Assembly (NCBI RefSeq): GCF_964355755.1
Contig: NC_092679.1
Span: 7,160,201 to 7,224,200, forward strand
Source: Antedon mediterranea
Taxonomy: Eukaryota > Animalia > Echinodermata
Length of the DNA: 64,000 nucleotides
Direction: 5' to 3'
Shown: one piece after another, positions 56,092-64,000 of the stretch
Numbering within the stretch: position 1 is the stretch's first letter
Layout of the letters: each line of letters opens with the position of its first letter
Program-made: the position numbers and the translations under genes
Notes under the pieces: generated by a model
What the model was told of the DNA's origin: nothing
The model's input: only the letters and a program-made list of their open reading frames with translations
The model's database searches: none

Positions 56092-59000
56092 ATGACATCA
56101 ATTATCAGGTTAACGCCCTTCTCGGGCGTGTTGGACGAGACGCCTCTCTGCTACATGTTGCAGGTTGATGAATTCAGGTTTCTGTTGGATTGTGGTTGGG
56201 ATGAACATTTCAGTTTACAGCATATGGAGAATGTCAACAAGTATGTTGTTATGCATCACTATTGAATTATATAAATTAATATAATTTTTAATTATATACA
56301 ATTAAGCCTACCTGCACTAATAAGTATTAAATATATATTGTCCCCCTGGAAAAATATTTTTTTGTTGAATATGCCATTTTTATGTCACATAATAGTTATT
56401 CACTTTGACCAAAAATTGGATTGAAAAAAATTGATTTACTTTTTTAAGTTAAAACATTATTTTTAGTTTCTTTTCTACGAAAGTTATTAACATTATTAAA
56501 TATGCGGAATAGACTATTCAAAGTCTCTTTTAAATTAATATTCATTTTTCATGTTTTAAAACAATAACATAAACTTAGAAAAATTAAAACGCTTTTGATT
56601 AATATTACCTGATATTTTTTTGGACACATGAAATGCTTTTTCTTTCTTTCTCTTCATTACATAGGCACATAGGGCAAATTGATGCAGTATTACTAAGCTA
56701 TCCAGACAATACCCATCTAGGCCTATTACCTTATTTGGTTGGTAAGTCTGGCCTTTCCTGTCCAATCTATGCAACCATTCCAGTATACAAGATGGGACAA
56801 ATGTTTATGTATGATCTCTATCAGGTATTTATTTGAAGTTTATAGCTCTGTCTACAATATCTACAATGTCTACAGTAAATGAAATGAAATATCAAACTTT
56901 CTGTGAGAAAAAAAATGTGATGTGCCCATAATGGACATGATGATGTCATATCACTACCATATTTGGGCAAACACTTTTTTAGTCGCATGCAAACGCGACT
57001 CTACAGCTCACTATGTCGGTCGGATGGTTGTTCGGTCAGTAAACACTAACTCAAATTTGAGCACACGACTGCAGCCATGTATATGGCCTTGTCTATATTA
57101 CCAGCTTGTTAATTTTTCCTGTTGTTTGAAACGAGTACATACGCGATTTGAATAATTATTTGAGTAATAATCTATTTATAAAATGTTTCCTTATTTATTA
57201 AATCTTTGATTTCAGGGTTCATCAAATGTTACAGTTCATCAAATTTCCGTACTTTATATTCCAAATCATGCAGTATAATTATACAGATATTGACTGCTTA
57301 GAGGTTAAATATAAGATTAGACATCCCCGAGGGAATGATATTATGTTCGAGGGAATATATATTTCCCGAAGCGCCAGCTGAGGGAAATATGTAATTCCCA
57401 AGAACTTAATATCATTCCCGAGGGGATGTCTAATCTTATATATTACCGATATAAAAGGCGATATCTGTTATATTACATAGCCAACAACAAGTAGAATATC
57501 TGCTGGGTCGGGTAGCTAGGCTAGGTAGGCCTCCTTTTTGTATTGTATGTAAACAAGCTGCCCAGACACCTTACCCTTCGAAGAATAATATACAGATAAT
57601 TACTAATTAATGATTCCTTGACAATAACATATTCACTAGCCTAGGTCGTTTAAATAATAACAGAAGAATAACGCGAAAATTACTCAGTCAATATCATCGT
57701 TCTCGAGGATATATACGATTTACGATCCTCGTAGCGGTAGTCATGTGATGCAGTTTTAACCAATCACGTTCGCGTATTTACATAGGCTATGTAATATAAG
57801 TAAATAAAACACTCAACACAATATGCTTTACAATTATTCATATATTTACTACATACTACTGTGTATACAAAACATAGAAAAACAATGTACAACAACAATG
57901 TTAAAGTTGTGTATTTCACATTACATTACTGTACATAAGTGTCTCATTAAATGTTTGTCAAATCCAAGTAATTACACTTACATTAGCATAAGATTATTGT
58001 GTGTTTATTGAAAACAAATGATTACAAGCGTTTATTTCATAAAAGTAGTTTTGTTTTTAATTACGCATAACATTTAGCGTAATAATAAGCATTCTCCATA
58101 AACCAAAAAATCAGAATAATTATTTACAAAACAAAAAGTTATGCTAATTTTACGTCGATTACTAATTTACTAAATATAAGCCTATATACATACATTTACA
58201 GGCATTATATGACAGAAACAATATTTTTAAATACTAGGTTAAACAAAAAGCAGCTTTAAGACTTGGGAAATATTTAGAGAGAGTGCCCAAATTTGTATTT
58301 TGAATACATGGAACGGCACAAGACATAAATAACTTCTCGACAATCATACACATGCTCATAGCGGTTTGCTGGCTTGGTACATCAAATCAATGGAAGTGAA
58401 TCGATAATATGCAGAAAGGGGGAGGAATATAATATTGATGATTACAATAGTGTTTCCGAACGTTAAGTCATTTGTAGCAGTAGAATACTTTTCATTATCT
58501 GGAGAAACGAGTAAAAGTATCAACCATTGAGTGGCGTTGGCAATCGTCAAATAAATCAAACAACGACGAATGATCGTGTTACCTCCATCATCTACACCCC
58601 TAGATCTCCGAGATTTTAGGATGAGCATTGTTTGCAGAGTTGATTGTACCAAGTTTATAACAGTCAATACAATTAGACCGGTCTGCATCACTATGCTATA
58701 GTTAATTTTCGGTGTATCGACATCAACTGTCTCTGTAAGGTTATGGAAATCTGCGATTAAATTGCAGGTTGCCGATATACCGTCACAGCAGCTCAACACA
58801 AATACACCTATTAAGCAAATCAGAAGAAGTATTTCGCTTCTGTTTAGCGACTTGTACCATTTCAGTCGGTTTTTATCTAGGTACTTTTTATCAAGTATTA
58901 TAGCAATGATCATTGTAGATTTGTAAATGATTAGACTGAATATTAGAATGATACTAATGCTATCGTGTTGGTGTAGAGTATAAAACTCTGTCATGCTTAT

Positions 59001-62000
59001 CATAAATATAGACAGTAGTACAAGTACCACAAATATTATCAATACTCTCCATGAACAACGATAGCATTCCATAGATTGTACTCTAGCGTCTATGCTATCC
59101 TCTGTACTTATCTGTTGAATTCTGCTATTTGTTTGGAACTGTATTCTTTCGCGATCACTATTATCAGTATTCCCAGTACTGATGTCGTCTGTAATGCCAA
59201 GCCTGCCTGTGGTATATCTGTTATTCGAATGCAAACTCATCCAGTAATTGATCAGAATACTAACAGCTAAAATATTGTACTCTTGTGAAAATGGTTTTAA
59301 AATACTCAGGAACTTCTGTATGGGAAGATGTACTCGCAGCGAATACATATTATAGCACCAGACGACCTCATCATAGTTATTTGACGTAATGTTTGCTGGC
59401 TGTAAATGTATCAAGGACCAAGTCAGCTCCTGATATTCCACGTGTATTCCAAGTACAACAATACTTTCCTTTGCAATGCTTTCCATCCAACTGAGAATAT
59501 TCGCAGACATGGTTAAGATGAATGCATATTGGAAAAAAGAGCAGTTCTTGAAGGATGCGCCTCTGAAACTTCTGAAGAATGCCACTTGAGCAATTGTACA
59601 AAACACCTTTAAAAAGTTGTGTATCACATAGACAATTTCTTGATAAATTGTCTCTTGTCTATGTTATAAAGGAACACACTTTACAACAACTACAATATTT
59701 ATAATTGCTACAATGACATAGCAAATACCGAAGATATAAAGACCGACAAGGTGTTCAGAGTAGTTTTGTAAGAGAATATTTCCTGGAGAAGAGCCCTCCA
59801 AAAGGAGTGGTTGACGTTCATCATTAGGAAGCAACTGTTTTTTAGGACATCTAATAAGGTCTAACCTTTGCCATGATTTCTTTCTTCAAAGAATTAATAT
59901 GATTATCGTTATGGAAATTAAGTAGAAAATGATACAATTCCAATCTAACGTGTCCCCGTGCACACGGTGGCGTCCGCTACCATAAAACCCAAACAGAAAA
60001 CCAATGTTAAGTGAAGTTATAAGGAAAAATACAATCATAGACGAAACACGCCCGTCTTTGACATAACTTTGCCTTGTTACTAAGATTTCAGTTCTTTCTC
60101 GAATTCTTTCCAAATCTGACCTATCGCTAATTCTCATTGCTTCTGATGTAACTGTTCTGTCCAATGAAGACGTATCTTGTAGCTCTAGTTCAATACCAGA
60201 CCTGTCATTGTCTGTTCCAAAATTCGATTCTAGTTCTCTTTCAATACCAGGAAGGTATTCATTTATATATCCATTTTCTGTTACATTTTCATTCCCAGAT
60301 GAAGACATGTTTATTTAGCTCTATTCTATATTACCAACTTGTTAACTTTTTCCTGATTGTTTGAAATGAGTACATACGCGATTTGAATAATATTATAGAG
60401 TAATAGAAATGTTTCCTTGTTTAGTCATTTATTTATTTATTTATTAAATCTTTGATTTCAGGGTTCATCGAATGTTACAGTTCATCAAATTTCCGTACTT
60501 TATATTCCAAATCATGCAGTATAATAAGTACAATTACAATTATTCATATACTGTATACAAAACATAGAAAAACAATGTACATTTTAATGTTTTGCATTTC
60601 CTGTTCAAGTAATCCCATAATCTAGGCCTATTCTTGTATCTTTGTTTGTAATAGTTACGTCAAATTTAGACTTGTCCCAAGTCTGTATCATTGTCATTTT
60701 AATTTTAACTTTAACTTGTGACACATGTATAGAAATCTATTTGCAGACCGCAAACATCCGATAAGAATGACGTAGGTTATCATACTGTATTTGGCTATAT
60801 GGGGGCAGGCGGTATGTAAATATGGATTTCGAATCAACCAATGATCAAACGGACGTCATTTGGTTTCAAAATTACACATACCGTATTATGTTATTTGCGA
60901 TCGAAACTGAATTAACAACTGTTGAAATATAATTAGTCGGTATTATTAGTCGCGTGCAAACACGACTCTACAGCTCACTATGTCGGTCGTTCGGTCGGTA
61001 AACACTAACTCAAATTTTAGCACGCGACTGCAGTCATGTATATGGCCTTGTTTTCAAACTAGTTTGTAGCACGCGACTGCAGCCATGTATATGGCCTTGT
61101 TTGTAGCACGCGACTGCAGCCATGTATATGGCCTTGTTTTCAAACTAGTTTGTCAAATTAATAATTGCTTCTTTTTTATAAATTACAAAAATATCATAGT
61201 AATTTTTATATACAATAATATTTATTGGTTATCCGCACTTGGCGGATAACCCCTTGTTATTGTCAGGATCTTTTTTTTCTTTTTTTTTTCTATTTTCTTC
61301 TTTCTTTCCACGAATTTTGTTCGCAGCGTATCTCTAATTCTGGCCAACATAAGATTTAGCTGTAGATGTGCAGGACGTTTCGTTTTTTGACTTTAGAGTC
61401 GCGCAGCGTAAGTTACGCGCGATTTTGTGAATTTCGCGTATTTACCATAGATCGAAAACCAAAAAACAATTTAAATTGAAACTTGGCAAAACTGTAATTT
61501 ATATCATGCGCTAACTTTCTATGGATTAAAAATGGCACTTTTTACAGAAAGTTACGCGCGCACGCGCGTTTAAAATTTCAAAATGCAAAAAATCAACTTC
61601 TAATCAACTTTCTATGCGTTTCATGTCATTTTGAGCATTTCAAAAATTCCCACCCGTGCGCAATCTTTTCATGCGCGCGTAGCGCAAAAACAACTTTTTT
61701 TTGCTTAATTTTTGTTTTTTTTGCCTTTTCTAGTCAATTTACCAATTTTCAATCAATTTCGACTTAAATTCACGTCATACGAGCACGTAGAATTGAACAA
61801 TTTGCGCGCGTTTTTGATGAAAAAGTTCAAAAATTCGTGAAAATTATGCCTTTTTTTTTAAATTCATAGATTCTAAACTACGTGGTGAACTTTTTTGAAA
61901 TTACATATTCTGGAAGTAGATGAGTTGTAGATATCGAATGATGCATCAATATAGCTAACCGTACATTGTGACGTCATCGTATGGCCACTCAAATATAAAA

Positions 62001-64000
62001 TATAGGATTTTTTTCTCTTTTGTCATAGCTCATCACATTTAATAGAGCGCATCTCCACTTATCCGTATTCCATTGCCCTCCATTTCTTTATATTGTCTAG
62101 GTCAATCAATTATCTTTCGCATGATTCACCATTTTAAAAATTGTTATGACGTCATCATGTGCAAAAGCGTCAATAACTTTGGTCACTTATTTTCACCTAT
62201 TCTGAACTGTATGTAGTACGTATACATTATATAGTGTATACCGTATACACTTTGACGTGACACAAAATAGAGAGCGCACTAACATTTTTTCAATGGCATA
62301 ATCGTTTTTCTGCGCGCAATATTCTAACGTATGACGTGCACGTGGCGTTTGCGCTGCGGATAACCTAACTCGTCCGTAGTGACGATTTCAAATCTAGTTA
62401 ATATTAAAACTTGTATACCACACATTTCTACACAATCGTTTTCAGCATTTCTTGAATAAAGTGACTGAAGAAATTTGGTTTTTTTTTTTTAGTCAAGGCA
62501 CAACACAGAAGACTTTGATTTGTTTACATTGGACGATGTAGATGCAGCATTTGATAAAGTCACACAAGTTAAATATTCACAGAGCATGACTCTAAAAGGT
62601 AACAATCTATTGCATATATTACCCATTGTATATGCTGAAATTCTATTTCTCTTACTCAACACATAATTGCAATATTCATACAAGTCTTCTCAAACCTCAC
62701 AACAAATTAAATGTTATAATAACTAAGACCTGTCTGTGCCATATTGGTTGTATCTTTAGATAAGATACTTTACTCTCATTGCAGGAGATTTCACATGTAT
62801 ATAATCGCAATATAATGTGCAATGCTGCATCATAAAGAAGGAGTATGGAATCGTCCCTCTTGGAGAACAGTCAAGAAATAAGTTAAACAAAGGAATGAAC
62901 AGTAATCAAATGATTTTAAATTCAATTTTAAAACAGGCAAAGGTCATGGCTTAGTAATCACAGCGTTACCGGCTGGTCACATGGTAGGTGGTACAATTTG
63001 GAAGATTGTAAAAGACGGTGAAGAAGAGATTGTGTATGCCGTTGACTACAACCACAAGAAGGAGAGACATTTAAACGGCTGTGTGCTAGAGACTATCAGT
63101 CGTCCGTCACTGCTTATTACAGACGCATACAATGCAATGTATCAACAGACAAAAAGAAGACAGCGAGATGAACAGTTAATGAGTATGTATTATTAAACAA
63201 TCCATTTGCATGCAATTTTCTGATTAAAAGTGAATAGTTAGCAAATAATTAAAGCCATCACCTGACAATTGATGGTGGCAGCCCGTCAATAAATTAAGAG
63301 TAATGGGTTGTACAAGTAGTTGTTTTATAATTGGGACAACAATAAAACTCTAATGAGGTAGAGTTTATGTATTGTAAAACAGTAAAGTAACTTAGGTGTC
63401 AAAACAGTTTAATTAAGTTGTCCGCTCGAATTCATCAGTTGTTATCAGTTATCTCATTACTAAATCGAACCCAGATAAAAATGTTTTCACATTTAATAAA
63501 ACTCTAAGTTTGTAAATTTCTGATTTTAATTTGTTTTTTTTTTTCAGATATAATCTTGAATACAATGAGAAGTGATGGAAATGTACTTATCGCAGTTGAC
63601 ACGGCTGGAAGGGTCGTTGAACTTTCACTCCTTCTGGTAAACTTTGAGTTTAATTTCATGTTCGAATGTCAATTATGTTTATATTGTACAAAGGATTTTT
63701 TTTAAATGGTAGAATGATAACATGTAATATTAATAGTCTGTCAAAAATATATATCAAAAAAATAGTTCATATTTTCATTTTAGTTGTCAAAATGGTCAAG
63801 AGTGGTGTGTGTTCCCCTGACTAGCTGTAATCTTATATAATGTGAAGTACTTAAATGTACTTAATAATTTTGCCACAGCTTGTAGTATATATATAGAGTA
63901 GTAGATAAGGTTGCTTTATATACGGATAAACTTTATATTTTCAGGATCAACTTTGGCACAAGCAAGAGTCTGGTTTGGGTACCTATTCCTTAGCAATGCT
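56092..64000 (+). CDS. CPSF2: Cleavage and polyadenylation specificity factor subunit 2 (CPSF100), 3'-partial. Coding exons 56092-56240, 56665-56824, 62493-62598, 62937-63182, 63548-63636, 63945->64000
   Basis: [40 protein letters not shown] / [43 protein letters not shown] / [22 protein letters not shown] / GKGHGL...[37 protein letters not shown] / [19 protein letters not shown] / DQLW. All junctions are GT-AG and in phase. Confidence 0.97.
56843..56980 (+). mobile_element. Left part of a Harbinger-type MITE (same family as 36292-36406), interrupted at a T-run
   Basis: AGCTCTGTCTACA terminus plus AAATGTGATGTG and ATATCACT.CCATATTTGGGCA blocks shared with the 36292 copy. No right TIR is seen. 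Confidence 0.6.
56976..57092 (+). mobile_element. Helentron-associated (HINE/DINE-1-like) mini-element, left copy
   Basis: T-run, 5' subterminal repeat AGTCGCATGC in a hairpin, GTCG microsatellite-like core, 3' subterminal inverted copy GCACACGACT, 3' hairpin GCCATGTATATGGC and CTTGT end. Confidence 0.7.
57280..57797. mobile_element. Non-autonomous element with nested inverted repeats, inserted in the left direct repeat
   Basis: Long hairpin TATAAGATTAGACATCCCC..GGGAATGATATTA (57310-57343 / 57407-57440) and a second IR TTATATTACATAGCC (57468-57482 / 57785-57799). It is absent from the paralogous repeat at 60326-60581, which shows the empty site. Confidence 0.75.
58356..60308 (-). pseudogene. 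Intronless otopetrin (OTOP proton channel)-like gene, 650 codons with two in-frame stops (TGA 59886-59888, TAA 59664-59666), nested antisense in CPSF2 intron 2
   Basis: The two track ORFs are in one frame, 258 nt apart. Otopetrin motifs: GLYIFG; [10 protein letters not shown]; [17 protein letters not shown] (cf. ATN..W....KE); [20 protein letters not shown] (cf. LYPF.IEY.L......W); [10 protein letters not shown]; [11 protein letters not shown]; [10 protein letters not shown]; [12 protein letters not shown] (cf. PL.IFYRFHS). Confidence 0.85.
60326..60581. repeat. Direct repeat flanking the otopetrin frame (partner 57093-57279 plus 57798-57891)
   Basis: Near-identical blocks CTATATTACCA.CTTGTTAA, GAGTACATACGCGATTTGAATAAT, AAATCTTTGATTTCAGGGTTCATC...CCAAATCATGCAGTATAAT and TGTATACAAAACATAGAAAAACAATGTACA. 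Confidence 0.9.
60946..61140 (+). mobile_element. Helentron-associated (HINE-like) mini-element, right copy, with three tandem 3' termini
   Basis: AGTCGCGTGC at 60948; GCACGCGACT-GCAG[C/T]CATGTATATGGCCTTGT is repeated at 61020, 61069 and 61106. Confidence 0.75.
61221..62399 (+). mobile_element. ~1.2-kb non-autonomous Helentron/DINE-like element
   Basis: 5' hairpin GGTTATCCGC-ACTTG-GCGGATAACC, T-rich microsatellite, 3' subterminal inverted copy TGCGGATAACC (62355-62365), small hairpin TCGTC..GACGA and CTAGTT end. Related 3'-end fragments are at ~26400-26490 and ~26850-26955. Confidence 0.65.

Noticed and set aside
59628-59888. An intron removing both otopetrin stop codons
   Set aside because: The segment stays in frame and encodes a family-like transmembrane helix (GLYIFG...). 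No convincing donor lies before the TGA, so splicing it out is unlikely.
59886-59888. Selenocysteine recoding of the in-frame TGA
   Set aside because: A second stop is TAA, no SECIS could be recognised, and otopetrins are not known selenoproteins.

Overview
AT-rich eukaryotic DNA from an invertebrate deuterostome; the FoxA N-terminus MISPKPGY looks echinoderm-like (inference). I reconstructed spliced genes by hand from GT-AG junctions and frame phase. Gene order: SLC51A/OST-alpha-like transporter (-, six exons, runs off the window start); a ~14 kb non-coding stretch; intronless foxA (+, 16494-17699); a ~19 kb spacer; MIPOL1 (-, 10 coding exons, 36595-55113, ~559 aa); and CPSF2 (+, from 56092, runs off the window end), head-to-head with MIPOL1. 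foxA-mipol1 is part of the deuterostome pharyngeal gene cluster, but CPSF2 sits where slc25a21 normally lies. The most unusual structure is in CPSF2 intron 2. It is an intronless, antisense, full-length otopetrin proton-channel reading frame (58356-60308) broken only by two in-frame stops. It is flanked by ~255-bp direct repeats and bracketed by two same-orientation Helentron/HINE-like mini-elements, the right one with three tandem 3' termini, consistent with rolling-circle gene capture. Also seen: a near-perfect 91-bp-arm palindrome with a minimal Penelope-type hammerhead ribozyme on each strand, 37-39 bp CATGGAG...CTCCATG palindromes with 7-bp target duplications, a Harbinger-type MITE, LINE 3' ends, a 27-bp minisatellite, candidate foxA enhancers inside a MIPOL1 intron and miRNA seed sites in the foxA 3' UTR. 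No database searches were run; family assignments come from remembered motifs.
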